From the NCBI GenBank assembly GCA_047618295.1, contig JBLHKL010000001.1:1-50467 (forward strand): a stretch of DNA of 50,467 nt, given 5' to 3'. A program made the position numbers and the translations under genes. This DNA is from Gammaproteobacteria bacterium (GTDB lineage Bacteria > Pseudomonadota > Gammaproteobacteria > Eutrophobiales > Eutrophobiaceae). Shown here piece by piece: positions 1 through 10,083 of this stretch (the stretch's first letter is position 1; the number at the start of each line of letters is the position of its first letter). The notes below the pieces were generated by a model, which saw nothing but the letters and a program-made list of their open reading frames with translations, did no database searches and was not told the origin of the DNA.

Positions 1-1
1 A

Positions 2-232
2 GTTATTGTTCCCGCAGGGCGTTTTAAAAATTGCATGAAAATCACGATGAGTGGCTCATCATTTAAAGATGCTGGAAATTATGTTGGTCTAACGCTAGTG
101 AACGTAGAACAAACTAGTTGGTATGCTGAAGGTGTTGGCCTGATTAAAATGGAGCGGATTGAAACAACTAAAAGTGATGCCTTGGATAAGGGAACATTGC
201 TTATAGAATTGGCGGATTTTGAGACAGATTAG
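2..232 (+). CDS. 3' end of an unidentified CDS running off the left edge of the window
   Basis: The frame of the listed 35..232 ORF stays open back to nt 2 (VIVPAGRFKNC then MKITMSG...). No family recognised by eye. Confidence 0.3.
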   Translation, partial: VIVPAGRFKNCMKITMSGSSFKDAGNYVGLTLVNVEQTSWYAEGVGLIKMERIETTKSDALDKGTLLIELADFETD

Positions 233-243
233 AACAATAGTCT

Positions 244-819
244 TTAGGATGGTTTCCTCAAATCAATAATCCTTTCCTCAGTTACGAGGATATCCAAAGA
301 AATATCTGTTTCTTCGATGGGTAATCGTTCAACCAGCTGAATTTCGAATGCAATACCGATTTTTGTCTTCACTTTATGTTGAGAAAACCACCGATCATAA
401 TAGCCTTTGCCGTAACCGAGTCGTTCACCAGTAACTGTAAATCCAACTCCAGGAGTTATGGCTATATCGAAGGGCCCAGATGCTGATTGATTTATTTTGG
501 GAGTTAAAATACCCATTTTGTCAGGTTTCAAATCAGATAAATCAGTGAGCGGAGCGGCGATCATCTCTGTTTTTTCCATAATCTTGGGCACGGCTAAAGC
601 TAGATTTCGACCTATAAAGTCATTTATCAAAGCGTGGGTTTCGACTTCACTGAGGTAAGAAATGTAGCAAAATATGCTTTTTGCTTGATTAAATTCATCT
701 ATTTCATATAAATATTTACAGATTTGTTGGCTCATGTCCTTGCGTTTACTCTCAGAGAGCAGCGATCTACGTTGTTTTAAAGCGGTACGAAGACGTTGTT
801 TTTGTTCATGTAAACTCAT
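244..819 (-). CDS. 5-formyltetrahydrofolate cyclo-ligase (MTHFS family)
   Basis: Typical N-terminus (EQKQRLRTALKQRR), size about 190 aa, and C-terminal GYGKGYYDR motif. The ORF track starts at a TTG at 849; the ATG at 819 (MSLHEQK) is more plausible. Confidence 0.8.
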   Translation of the reverse strand: MSLHEQKQRLRTALKQRRSLLSESKRKDMSQQICKYLYEIDEFNQAKSIFCYISYLSEVETHALINDFIGRNLALAVPKIMEKTEMIAAPLTDLSDLKPDKMGILTPKINQSASGPFDIAITPGVGFTVTGERLGYGKGYYDRWFSQHKVKTKIGIAFEIQLVERLPIEETDISLDILVTEERIIDLRKPS

Positions 820-1058
820 AGACTTAAATAAAATAGATATATTAATCAATATTATACAATACTATTGTAAATATAATATTAATATAGAAAGTGAGGCTGG
901 TATTATGATTTTTAAAGGTAAAGCCAATGGTGTTTGGGATGTACTTAAACCACTGTCTTTACTTTCTTTTTCGGAGTTTTTACGTACAATAGCGCCTTTT
1001 TTCGGATGGGTATCTTCTACCCGTTGTAAATTTTAGAATAAATGAGGTCATCAGACTG

Positions 1059-1313
1059 ATGGTAACAATTAGAATGTCTCGAACAGGCTCGAAGAAAAAG
1101 CCTTTTTATCACATTGTGGTAACAGATAGCCGCAATAAACGTGATGGTCGTTCAATAGAACGTCTTGGTTTTTTCAATCCGACCGCTGCAGGCCAGGAAG
1201 TTCCTTTGAAGATAGATATGGAGCGTGTCGATTACTGGCTGTCGCAAGGTGCACAAACGTCTGATCGCGTAGCGAAATTGCTTAAAGATAACGCAGCAGT
1301 TGCAGCGGCGTAG
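1059..1313 (+). CDS. rpsP: 30S ribosomal protein S16
   Basis: [21 protein letters not shown]... matches S16 closely; first gene of the conserved rpsP-rimM-trmD-rplS operon. Confidence 0.97.
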   Translation: MVTIRMSRTGSKKKPFYHIVVTDSRNKRDGRSIERLGFFNPTAAGQEVPLKIDMERVDYWLSQGAQTSDRVAKLLKDNAAVAAA

Positions 1314-1389
1314 TTAATAGGTTTTAAAGAAACTCTATTGCTTAAATCCTTTAGGAATACAGGCAATAACTTTACCGGCATTTATCTTA

Positions 1390-1914
1390 ATGCAGGAAAA
1401 TGAAGACCCAATCCTCGTCGGTCGTATAGGCGGTGTGTATGGCGTGCGAGGTTGGTTAAAGATCGAATCGTATACCAGACCTAAAGAAAACATTTTTACT
1501 TATTTCCCGTGGTTGATTCATGTGGATTCAAGTTGGAAGGAAGTCGACATCGAAGAATTCCAGCAACGTGGAAATGGTCGACTGCTAGTGAAAATGACAG
1601 GGATAGATACTCCTGAAGAAGCGCGAGAGTATGTTCATTGTGAATTAGCTGTGACGCAAGGGAAATTGCCCGAACTAAGCAAGGGTGAATATTACTGGCA
1701 TGATCTAATAGGTCTTGAAGTTTTTAATCAGGATGAGATCAACCTCGGTAAGGTTAAGAACATAGTTGAAACTGGTGCTAATGATGTTCTGGTTATCAAG
1801 AAAGGCGGCGAGAATAAAGTCAAGACGCTAATTCCGCTAGTAATGGACGTATTTGTAAAACGAGTTGATTTAATTGGCAAGACGATACACGTCGACTGGC
1901 TTATTGAAGAATAA
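1390..1914 (+). CDS. rimM: 16S rRNA processing protein RimM
   Basis: [18 protein letters not shown]-terminus and PRC-barrel C-terminus; operon position between rpsP and trmD. Confidence 0.92.
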   Translation: MQENEDPILVGRIGGVYGVRGWLKIESYTRPKENIFTYFPWLIHVDSSWKEVDIEEFQQRGNGRLLVKMTGIDTPEEAREYVHCELAVTQGKLPELSKGEYYWHDLIGLEVFNQDEINLGKVKNIVETGANDVLVIKKGGENKVKTLIPLVMDVFVKRVDLIGKTIHVDWLIEE

Positions 1915-2663
1915 TGTTTCAACTAGATGTCATAACGCTTTTCCCTGAGATGGTCTCTACGGTGTTCGAGCATGGCGTTATTGGACGAGCTGTAACAGAT
2001 AGTCTGCTTGAGTATAGAGCCTGGAATCCACGAGATTTTAGCAGCGATAAACACAAGACAGTGGACGACCGACCTTATGGTGGTGGTCCGGGTATGGTAA
2101 TGATGTATGAACCGGTTAGTTCCGCTATTGCCAAGGCCAAACAGGCACAACCAGCAAGCAAGGTGATTTATTTATCACCACAAGGAAGGCGACTGGATCA
2201 GGATGGGGTACGTGAACTGTCTGGGCGGAGTGGGTTGATATTGGTCTCGGGTAGATATGAAGGTATTGATGAACGGCTCATAGAGTCTGAAGTAGATGAG
2301 GAATGGTCGATAGGTGATTATGTCCTCAGCGGCGGTGAACTGGCTGCAATGGTATTAATTGATAGTGTTTGTCGGACCTTGCCTGGTGTCTTAGGACATG
2401 AAGATTCAGCTAATGAAGATTCATTTGTTGACGGTTTGCTGGACTATCCGCATTATACGCGCCCAGAGCAGATAAATGGCCAGCTGGTGCCCGATGTATT
2501 ACTCAGTGGTAACCATGAGAAAATACGTTGTTGGCGGTTAAAACAGGCACTTGGCAAGACATGGCAGGTGCGACCAGATTTAATCGAGTCTATTGATCTC
2601 GATGAAGAACAAAAAGTATTGTTGCAGGAATTCATTGCTGAATCTGAACAATCTAATAGTTAA
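1914..2663 (+). CDS. trmD: tRNA (guanine37-N1)-methyltransferase
   Basis: LFPEM..., [51 protein letters not shown]: near-collinear with E. coli TrmD. The start overlaps the rimM stop. Confidence 0.97.
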   Translation: MFQLDVITLFPEMVSTVFEHGVIGRAVTDSLLEYRAWNPRDFSSDKHKTVDDRPYGGGPGMVMMYEPVSSAIAKAKQAQPASKVIYLSPQGRRLDQDGVRELSGRSGLILVSGRYEGIDERLIESEVDEEWSIGDYVLSGGELAAMVLIDSVCRTLPGVLGHEDSANEDSFVDGLLDYPHYTRPEQINGQLVPDVLLSGNHEKIRCWRLKQALGKTWQVRPDLIESIDLDEEQKVLLQEFIAESEQSNS

Positions 2664-2692
2664 TAACAAGTAATAGTGATTGGAGTATGAAA

Positions 2693-3049
2693 ATGGCGAA
2701 CATAATCGAACAACTTGATGCCGAGCAGATGACACGCGAAGTACCTGAATTTGGTCCAGGTGATACTGTTGTAGTTCAGGTGAGAGTAAAAGAAGGTCAA
2801 CGTGAACGCTTACAGGCCTTTGAAGGTGTTGTCATAGCGGTCAAAAATCGTGGTCTGAATTCAGCATTCACGGTTCGTAAAATTTCCTATGGTGAAGGTG
2901 TTGAGCGTGTCTTCCAGACTCACAGCCCCATCGTAGCCGAGATTCAAGTTAAACGCAGAGGTGATGTACGCCGTGCAAAATTGTATTATATGCGTGACCT
3001 TCGTGGTAAAGCAGCACGTATTAAAGAGAAACTTAAGGCTAAAAAATAG
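2693..3049 (+). CDS. rplS: 50S ribosomal protein L19
   Basis: [44 protein letters not shown]: strong match to L19. The second ATG (2693) has better spacing to the GGAG at 2682-2685 than the track start at 2687. Confidence 0.96.
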   Translation: MANIIEQLDAEQMTREVPEFGPGDTVVVQVRVKEGQRERLQAFEGVVIAVKNRGLNSAFTVRKISYGEGVERVFQTHSPIVAEIQVKRRGDVRRAKLYYMRDLRGKAARIKEKLKAKK

Positions 3050-3076
3050 TTTTCCAAACAAGTCTCTATATGGGCG

Positions 3077-3101
3077 TCTCTAAAAATAGTGCATTTTTAG
3101 A
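3077..3101 (+). terminator. Hairpin after rplS (possible operon terminator); a second 7-bp hairpin lies at 3116..3134
   Basis: CTCTAAAAAT-AGTGC-ATTTTTAGAG is a perfect 10-bp inverted repeat about 28 nt after the rplS stop. There is no clear U-tract, so this is only a candidate. Confidence 0.35.
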
Positions 3102-3251
3102 GGTGGCCTTAAATCGGACTGGCTAGTCCAGTCCTGCATCTGTAATATCTGGTTTATTAATTCTACTGTCGACCAGATCCTTGAAAATAATATACCCACA
3201 AGATTCTGATAAAACAAACCCTCACACCTTGATGGGTCTAGTTGCTTGAAT

Positions 3252-4172
3252 ATGAATCAAGCTTCTGCACAGCAAACGAACATTTCAAAAAAATCAAAAA
3301 AAATTATTGATTCTTTTCTGGACACGTTGTGGATGGAACGTGGCTTAAGTGAGAATACACTTTCTGCATATCGCAGTGATCTGATACATTTTTCAAAATG
3401 GTTGCAGTCTAAAAAAGTTGAATTAGTCAAAGTAGAAGCGAAAGATATCCTTGCTTATTTATCATCAACGGACAATGTTTCAGCCAGAACCATCGCACGG
3501 AGGTTATCCAGTCTGCGGCGCTTGTATGAATATTTATTGAGAGAAGACCAGATAAAGCAAAACCCGGTAAGCAATGTTGATGCCCCTAGGCTCGGACGAA
3601 TATTACCAAAAACCCTAACCGAAGCTGAAGTAGAAGCGTTGCTTAATGCGCCTGATACAGAACAAGCTGCAGGCGTGAGAGATAAAACTATGCTTGAGCT
3701 TCTATATGCCACAGGCTTGCGTGTATCCGAACTCGTTGGCTTAACTGTTCAGCAGGTCAACTTGAGGCAAGGTGTCGTGCGTGTAACAGGGAAAGGAAAT
3801 AAAGAGCGTCTAGTGCCGATGGGAGAAGAGGCGAATTTATGGCTTGAGCGTTATCTGTCATCAGCACGCAGTGAAATTCTTAACCATGCCTTAACCGATG
3901 CGATGTTTCCGAGTAATCGTGGTAAAGCAATGACGCGTCAAACGTTTTGGCATATGGTCAAACGTTATGCAAAAGTCGCTGAGATTAAAAAAACATTATC
4001 CCCGCATGTTCTGCGTCATGCATTCGCAACACACTTAATAAATCATGGTGCTGATCTTAGGGTCGTGCAAATGTTATTAGGGCATAGTGATATATCTACC
4101 ACACAAATTTATACGCATGTGGCAAGAGAACGGTTGAAGGATTTACATGCGGAACATCATCCCAGAGGATGA
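3252..4172 (+). CDS. xerD: Tyrosine recombinase XerD (chromosome dimer resolution)
   Basis: Collinear with E. coli XerD, including LYATGLRVSELVGL, RQGVVRVTGKGNKERLVP, LSPHVLRHAFATHL, GADLRVVQMLLGHSDISTTQIYTHV. The track start at 3246 is a TTG; the ATG is at 3252. Confidence 0.93.
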   Translation: MNQASAQQTNISKKSKKIIDSFLDTLWMERGLSENTLSAYRSDLIHFSKWLQSKKVELVKVEAKDILAYLSSTDNVSARTIARRLSSLRRLYEYLLREDQIKQNPVSNVDAPRLGRILPKTLTEAEVEALLNAPDTEQAAGVRDKTMLELLYATGLRVSELVGLTVQQVNLRQGVVRVTGKGNKERLVPMGEEANLWLERYLSSARSEILNHALTDAMFPSNRGKAMTRQTFWHMVKRYAKVAEIKKTLSPHVLRHAFATHLINHGADLRVVQMLLGHSDISTTQIYTHVARERLKDLHAEHHPRG

Positions 4173-4180
4173 ACTGAATA

Positions 4181-5968
4181 TTAATTCTGATGTTGTGGTA
4201 ACACTGAGAACGCTTCTTCAAGCGTGGTTAAGCCATCAGCAACCTTTTGTGCTGCGCCAATCTTCAATGACCTCATCCCCGTCTTTATTGCGATTTCACG
4301 CAAGTTATCCAGGTTAGTTTGTGCTGAAACATTATCTCGTAGTGTTGAGTTCATTGTTAATATTTCATAGATAGCGGTGCGCCCCATATAGCCTGTATGA
4401 CGGCATTCGTCACAGCCAACAGGCTTGCAAATCTTGGCGGGCATTTTTAATTTATTGGGATGAGAAAATTCAACCCAACTTTGTTTATCTGTTGCAATGA
4501 GTTCTTTGCAATGTACGCATAATGTTCTTAACAGTCTTTGAGCAACTACGCCTTGTATCGTCGCATTTAATAGGAAGGGTTGCATGCCTATATCTATTAG
4601 TCGTGTTATTGCTGAAGGCGCATCATTGGTATGTAAACTAGATAAAACAAGGTGTCCTGTTAATGCTGCCTGAATGGCAACATCAGCAGTTTCTTTATCA
4701 CGAATCTCACCAATCATTATTATGTCGGGGTCTTGCCTAAGTAATGTTCTGACGCCGGATGCAAAATCAACTCCGATAGATTGTTGTACCTGCATTTGGT
4801 TGAACTGTGGTTCAACCATTTCGATAGGATCTTCAATCGTGCAGATATTTATCTCTGGTCGGGAAATTTGGTTAAGCGTGGAATATAGAGTGGTTGTTTT
4901 ACCGGAGCCAGTTGGGCCTGTTATTAGAATAATCCCGTGCGGGTTGTCCACCATTTCATTTAGTTGAGTTTGATCGTGATTAGTAAATCCAAGTTCTTTG
5001 TAACTTTTAACCAGCATCTCAGGGTCAAAGATTCTGATAACAAGTTTTTCACCAAAGGTGGTAGGCATGGTTGACAGTCGCATTTCAACTTCTTTACCAG
5101 AAGGGGTGACCGTTTTTACTCTTCCGTCCTGTGGTCTGCGGCGGTCAGTAACGTCCATTCGGCCAAGAGATTTTAGACGACTTGTTATTGCTCCCATTAG
5201 CACGACAGGTAATTCGTGTACGACATGTAAGACACTGTCTATGCGAAAACGAATGCGTCCTTTTTCACGGCGAGGTTCAAGATGAATATCACTGGCACGT
5301 TGTTCAAATGCAAATTGCAATAACCAATCAACAATACTGACGATATGTTGGTCATTAGCATCCGGTTCTCCTGCTTTACCTACCTTGACTAATTGTTCAA
5401 AGTTTTGAATTAGGGTAATAGGCTCATCTCTTCTTTCGTTCACTGCCCCGATAATAGTTCTGCTTACACCATAAAATTCGACTAGGTAACGCTCAAGATC
5501 TCTGGGGTTAATCATGACGCGTTTAATCTTGAGATTGGCAATACGCGCTAATTCACTTTCCCATGCTGCTATAAAGGGTTCGCATGTGGCGATGGTGAGT
5601 TCTGTTTTGTTTACTTCAACGGGAAGTATTTTTAGTTTAGCGGCATAGGCTTGTGATACGACCGACGTAATTTTCTGAATATCAGTTTTTAGAGGGTCTA
5701 TACGTAAATAAGGCTGGTTTACTTTCTCAGCCAGCCATTTTGTCAGTGTTTCAAGACTGAGTGGATAGCTGGGGTTGCTTGATGTTTGCCAGCCTTGTTC
5801 TGCTATAGCAATTAAGGGATGAATTTGTACTTTAGTTTGTTCAGCACTGATATTAGACAGCTGGATACGTTGCTGTTTATTTATAAGATTATCTTTTTCC
5901 AATAAATCAAGGATATAGCCGAGTGTAAGCTTTGCTTCTGATACTTGTGCTTTGGTAGTGCTATTCAT
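4181..5968 (-). CDS. GspE/PilB-family secretion/pilus assembly ATPase (orphan)
   Basis: Walker A GPTGSGKTTTL, Walker B DPDIIMIGEIRD, His box LTGHLVLSSLHTND, and a tetracysteine CVHC...CDEC motif. Long N-terminal T2SSE_N-like region. No partner platform, pilin or secretin genes nearby. Confidence 0.85.
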   Translation of the reverse strand: MNSTTKAQVSEAKLTLGYILDLLEKDNLINKQQRIQLSNISAEQTKVQIHPLIAIAEQGWQTSSNPSYPLSLETLTKWLAEKVNQPYLRIDPLKTDIQKITSVVSQAYAAKLKILPVEVNKTELTIATCEPFIAAWESELARIANLKIKRVMINPRDLERYLVEFYGVSRTIIGAVNERRDEPITLIQNFEQLVKVGKAGEPDANDQHIVSIVDWLLQFAFEQRASDIHLEPRREKGRIRFRIDSVLHVVHELPVVLMGAITSRLKSLGRMDVTDRRRPQDGRVKTVTPSGKEVEMRLSTMPTTFGEKLVIRIFDPEMLVKSYKELGFTNHDQTQLNEMVDNPHGIILITGPTGSGKTTTLYSTLNQISRPEINICTIEDPIEMVEPQFNQMQVQQSIGVDFASGVRTLLRQDPDIIMIGEIRDKETADVAIQAALTGHLVLSSLHTNDAPSAITRLIDIGMQPFLLNATIQGVVAQRLLRTLCVHCKELIATDKQSWVEFSHPNKLKMPAKICKPVGCDECRHTGYMGRTAIYEILTMNSTLRDNVSAQTNLDNLREIAIKTGMRSLKIGAAQKVADGLTTLEEAFSVLPQHQN

Positions 5969-6154
5969 TTAAACCCATGTTTTTAACAGCTTAATATATG
6001 AATTAAGACTTTATCACGTAAAAAACGACACATCGAATCTTAAAATTGGAAGAAGCATTTTAATGTAAGGGAACAGAAGGCCTGTATAATGGTCTGATAG
6101 TTTTTATATTTTAGTCTACTGTTACTAGCAGTAAGTTTTGTTCAGGAGTTTTTT

Positions 6155-6862
6155 ATGAAGTTTAGTAAGATTTTATTAATGGGTTTATTTATTTCATTTT
6201 CAGCTTTAGCTGAAGATGAGCTTAACGCTGAACTAACTTTAGCCTTATCAAGGTTGCTTCCGGATGTTGAAATAGACGATGTTTCACCAACACCTATCAA
6301 TGGACTTTATCAAGTTGTGATCGGTTCCGACATTATCTATATGACGCGTGATGGAAATTATGTCATTAAAGGTGAAATACTGGATCTTGAAGAACGTCGA
6401 AATCTAACAGAAGATGTTCGTGCAGTATCCAGAGTGAAGATATTAGGTAGCATTAAAGAAGATGATTATATCGAGTTCTCATCTGAAAATATGCAAGATG
6501 CAATCTATGTCTTCACCGACGTTGATTGTGGATATTGCAGAAAACTGCATCAAGATGTTCCTGAGTTGAATTCCTTGGGTGTGACAGTTCGTTATCTAGC
6601 TTACCCCAGGGCTGGCGTTGAATCGGCCGCAGGTCATGAGATGAGCAGTGTATGGTGTGCTGAAGATCGACAAAAAGCATTAACAGCGGCAAAGAATAGG
6701 GAGTCTGTCGAAGCAAAATCTTGTGATGACCCGGTTGCTGAACAATATGCTATGGGGCAGAAGCTCGGCGTACGTGGTACCCCTGCAATTTATCTACAAA
6801 ATGGCAGAATGCTTCCCGGCTATATGCCACCAGATGAAATTATCAAACAACTCAAACGTTAG
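6155..6862 (+). CDS. dsbC: Thiol:disulfide interchange protein DsbC
   Basis: Signal peptide, N-terminal dimerisation domain, and thioredoxin fold with FTDVDCGYCRKLH active site plus a second Cys pair. AGGAG RBS. The xerD neighbourhood matches that in E. coli. Confidence 0.85.
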   Translation: MKFSKILLMGLFISFSALAEDELNAELTLALSRLLPDVEIDDVSPTPINGLYQVVIGSDIIYMTRDGNYVIKGEILDLEERRNLTEDVRAVSRVKILGSIKEDDYIEFSSENMQDAIYVFTDVDCGYCRKLHQDVPELNSLGVTVRYLAYPRAGVESAAGHEMSSVWCAEDRQKALTAAKNRESVEAKSCDDPVAEQYAMGQKLGVRGTPAIYLQNGRMLPGYMPPDEIIKQLKR

Positions 6863-6874
6863 TGGTAAATTGTA

Positions 6875-7606
6875 TTAATCAGTATTGAGACCTAATCCTT
6901 TTATTGATTTGATAATAGCTGTAGAAATACGGTCATCTTTTTCATGATTAATTACTTTTATGGGTAAAAAGTCCAGATCGTAAGCGCACCATAAATAAGT
7001 TTTTTGCTTACTATTTAACTTATGACGAGCAAGTTTCATGGTTTTAAATTCACCTAGTGGAGTTTTGATTATTTCATCTGCTATATATTCAAATTGATAT
7101 TCCTTTATCTTGCCACCATCCGCGATGAAATAACTTTTTGGAACAATTCCAGATTTTAAATCAGACATAATGGTTAATTGATAGAGTAGTTTATCAAGTA
7201 CTCCCGACTGGGTTTGCATATGCCATGTCGAATCATTGACACGATTTACGATTCGTTTTGTTTGCCAATTAAAATTAATGTCAACGTCTCGTTTTTTTTT
7301 CCCTTTGGTGCGGTTGTATGTGTAGTGCAGGGGCGTGAAGTTTGATTCTATTAGATCCCAGTTGCTAACTTCAAGAATATGAACCTTTTTAAAAAGGGCA
7401 ATAAAACCGGTGGTTTTACTCTCGGAACGAAAGGTATATTTGCCATCATCCTTTTGAAAAAAGCGACGTTCCATAAGCCCGACTTTGATATCGTTACTAT
7501 ATAAGGTGTAGTTCACCTCAAAAAACCCGGGGATTTCATTGCCTGCAATACAAAAAGATGTATAAAACAGCAAGTAAAGTAAAAATAGATTCTTTTTAAC
7601 CAACAT
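6875..7606 (-). CDS. DUF3108-like secreted/outer-membrane-associated protein
   Basis: Signal peptide; size about 240 aa; alternating beta-strand pattern and overall resemblance to DUF3108 proteins. Family call is from memory only. Confidence 0.45.
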   Translation of the reverse strand: MLVKKNLFLLYLLFYTSFCIAGNEIPGFFEVNYTLYSNDIKVGLMERRFFQKDDGKYTFRSESKTTGFIALFKKVHILEVSNWDLIESNFTPLHYTYNRTKGKKKRDVDINFNWQTKRIVNRVNDSTWHMQTQSGVLDKLLYQLTIMSDLKSGIVPKSYFIADGGKIKEYQFEYIADEIIKTPLGEFKTMKLARHKLNSKQKTYLWCAYDLDFLPIKVINHEKDDRISTAIIKSIKGLGLNTD

Positions 7607-7677
7607 ATTGAATACTATGATAATTATCGTATGTTAAAATTTCTAAATTAGACCAAAATTAAAGAGTAATAGTTGTA

Positions 7678-9105
7678 ATGCAAGAAATAGTTTTTAAACC
7701 TAGCAGCACGACAAAAGTATTAGTCGTTGGCGACATCATACTAGATCAATATATATATGGTGAAACCAGCCGAATTTCACCAGAAGCACCTGTACCCGTC
7801 GTACGAGTAAAAAACATGGAAGAGCGCCCTGGTGGTGCTGCCAATGTTGCCATAAACATCTCATCATTGGGAGTTAATACGCAATTATTGGGAATAACAG
7901 GACAAGATGAAGCATCAAGAAGACTGGAAGAAATACTTGGCGATAAAGAAGTGGTATGCCACTTTGTTCATCAGGATGGTTTCCAAACGATTACAAAACA
8001 ACGTGTATTGAGCCAGCATCAACAATTACTCAGGCTTGACTATGAAGAAGAATCGAACACTCCTGATACAGATGCTCTTATTGAGCAATATATAGTTCTA
8101 CTTGAATCAATCGATGTCGTCGTATTGTCAGACTATGCAAAAGGAAGTTTAACGAAAGTACAAACACTCATTAAACATGCCAATGATAAAAATATAACTG
8201 TACTAGTTGACCCGAAATCATCTGACTTTAGTTGTTATTCTAACGCAAGTATTCTTACGCCAAATCTAAAGGAGCTCGAAGTAGTTGTTGGCGATTGTAA
8301 GACTAATGACATTTTAATTAGCAAAGCTGAGGATCTCAGAAAGAAACTACAGTTAGATGCAATATTGGTGACGCGTGGCGAGAAGGGAATGACGTTATTT
8401 CGCGAAAAACAAAAACCATTGCATCTCAAGGCACAAACTCATGAGGTCTATGATGTTACGGGTGCTGGAGATACTGTGATAGCTTCGCTAGCTGCAGCAA
8501 TAGCTTCTGGTTATGAATTAGAGCAAGCAACTTTTTTAGCCAATACTGCCGCAGGCTTGGTTGTAGAAAAGCTTGGTGCAGCGACAATTTCGGCAGAAGA
8601 GTTGAATAGTGCTAGCACGAACAAGTATCAATCGCCGGTTTTATTAGATAACAATGCAGCATTAGAAGTTGTCAATCGCGCAAAACGCAAAGGCGAGCAA
8701 ATAGTCATGACCAATGGATGTTTTGATATCCTACATGCAGGACACATTAACTATTTGGTAAAAGCAAGAACACTGGGCGACCGCTTAATAGTTGCTATAA
8801 ACGATGATGATTCTGTAAAACGATTAAAAGGCAGTTCAAGACCAATAAATGCTTTAAAAAATAGAATGACAGTTTTAAATGCGTTGGCCTGCGTTGATTG
8901 GGTTGTGGCATTTAGTGAAGATACTCCTGAAAAACTGATATCAATAATTGAACCAGACTTCCTTGTTAAAGGTGGTGATTACACAGAAGAGCAAATTGCT
9001 GGCGCAGCAGGCGTTAAAAGTTCAGGTGGTGAAGTAGTCATCTTGCCTTTTGAAGATGGGTGTTCAACATCATCAATGTTAGAAAAAATAATAGACAATA
9101 ATTAG
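7678..9105 (+). CDS. hldE: Bifunctional D-beta-D-heptose 7-phosphate kinase / D-beta-D-heptose 1-phosphate adenylyltransferase
   Basis: N-terminal PfkB ribokinase-like domain (VLVVGD..LDQY, DVTGAGDTV) fused to a cytidylyltransferase domain (TNGCFDILHAGHINYL). Length 475 aa. Confidence 0.95.
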   Translation: MQEIVFKPSSTTKVLVVGDIILDQYIYGETSRISPEAPVPVVRVKNMEERPGGAANVAINISSLGVNTQLLGITGQDEASRRLEEILGDKEVVCHFVHQDGFQTITKQRVLSQHQQLLRLDYEEESNTPDTDALIEQYIVLLESIDVVVLSDYAKGSLTKVQTLIKHANDKNITVLVDPKSSDFSCYSNASILTPNLKELEVVVGDCKTNDILISKAEDLRKKLQLDAILVTRGEKGMTLFREKQKPLHLKAQTHEVYDVTGAGDTVIASLAAAIASGYELEQATFLANTAAGLVVEKLGAATISAEELNSASTNKYQSPVLLDNNAALEVVNRAKRKGEQIVMTNGCFDILHAGHINYLVKARTLGDRLIVAINDDDSVKRLKGSSRPINALKNRMTVLNALACVDWVVAFSEDTPEKLISIIEPDFLVKGGDYTEEQIAGAAGVKSSGGEVVILPFEDGCSTSSMLEKIIDNN

Positions 9106-9113
9106 AGGCCAAC

Positions 9114-10061
9114 ATGATCGTTGTTACTGGAGGAGCGGGGTTTATAGGTAGTCAGCTTGTGGCTGGGTTAAATACACTTGGCAGAGAAGATGTCATTGTT
9201 GTCGACGATCTAACCGATGGGAAAAAATTTGAAAATCTGACGGCAAATAATATTGCTGATTATTTTGATAAAACAGAATTTAGACAATTAATAGAAAGAC
9301 GCGATAGTTTATGTGACCAAATTGAGATTGTTTTTCATCAAGGTGCTTGCTCCACAACAACAGAATGGAATGGTCAATACATGATGGATAATAACTATAC
9401 CTATTCAAAAGAGATGCTACATTTTTGTCTTGAACGCGAACTCCCTTTTATTTATGCGTCAAGCGCAGCAGTTTACGGTATTGATTCAAAATTCATTGAA
9501 GAACCAGAACATGAGAGTCCAATAAATGTCTATGGATATTCAAAATTATTATTTGATAATTATGTTAGAAATTTAAGTGTCAAGATAAACTCACAAATTT
9601 CAGGATTACGGTATTTTAATGTTTTTGGTCCTGGAGAGGCGCATAAGAAAAATATGGCGAGCGTCATTTATCATTTTAATAATCAAATTCAGGAAACAGG
9701 TGAGTTAAAGTTGTTTGAGGGGAGTCACGGATATGCAGATGGAGAACAATTGAGAGACTTTATCTCTGTTGACGATGTTGTTGACGTTAATTTATGGCTT
9801 ATGAATAAGCCCGATGTCTCAGGAATCTTTAATGTTGGCACAGGACAATCTAATAGTTTTAATAATGTAGCTAATGCTGTTATTGATTGGCATAAAAAAG
9901 GTAACATAAATTATATTTCATTCCCTGATACCTTAAAGGAAAGTTACCAAAGTTTTACTGAAGCGAATTTAGTTAAATTACGTTCCGCTGGATATGAGCA
10001 GGAATTCACTTCATTAAAAGATGGTGTAAATTCATATTTGAACATTCTTAATTCAAACTGA
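9114..10061 (+). CDS. hldD: ADP-L-glycero-D-manno-heptose 6-epimerase
   Basis: MIVVTGGAGFIGS Rossmann start, YGYSK catalytic motif, collinear with E. coli HldD. Lies immediately downstream of hldE. Confidence 0.95.
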   Translation: MIVVTGGAGFIGSQLVAGLNTLGREDVIVVDDLTDGKKFENLTANNIADYFDKTEFRQLIERRDSLCDQIEIVFHQGACSTTTEWNGQYMMDNNYTYSKEMLHFCLERELPFIYASSAAVYGIDSKFIEEPEHESPINVYGYSKLLFDNYVRNLSVKINSQISGLRYFNVFGPGEAHKKNMASVIYHFNNQIQETGELKLFEGSHGYADGEQLRDFISVDDVVDVNLWLMNKPDVSGIFNVGTGQSNSFNNVANAVIDWHKKGNINYISFPDTLKESYQSFTEANLVKLRSAGYEQEFTSLKDGVNSYLNILNSN

Positions 10062-10083
10062 AAAAATAAAGTATATTCAAAAA

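Noticed and set aside
734-1036. 100-aa ORF spanning the 5-FCL start and the rpsP upstream region
   Set aside because: Overlaps the cyclo-ligase coding start on the opposite strand and then runs through an AT-rich promoter-like region. Composition is implausible and there is no RBS.
3252-4172. Tyrosine recombinase as a marker of an integrated mobile element or genomic island
   Set aside because: End-to-end collinearity with chromosomal XerD and the conserved xerD/dsbC neighbourhood. No flanking repeats, tRNA target or phage/IS genes.
4181-5968. c-di-GMP-binding MshEN motif in the N-terminus of the GspE-like ATPase
   Set aside because: The N-terminal LGYILDLLEKDNLINKQQRIQL stretch only loosely resembles the RLGxx(L/V/I)(L/V/I)xxG... 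motif, with spacing off by several residues. This cannot be supported by eye.
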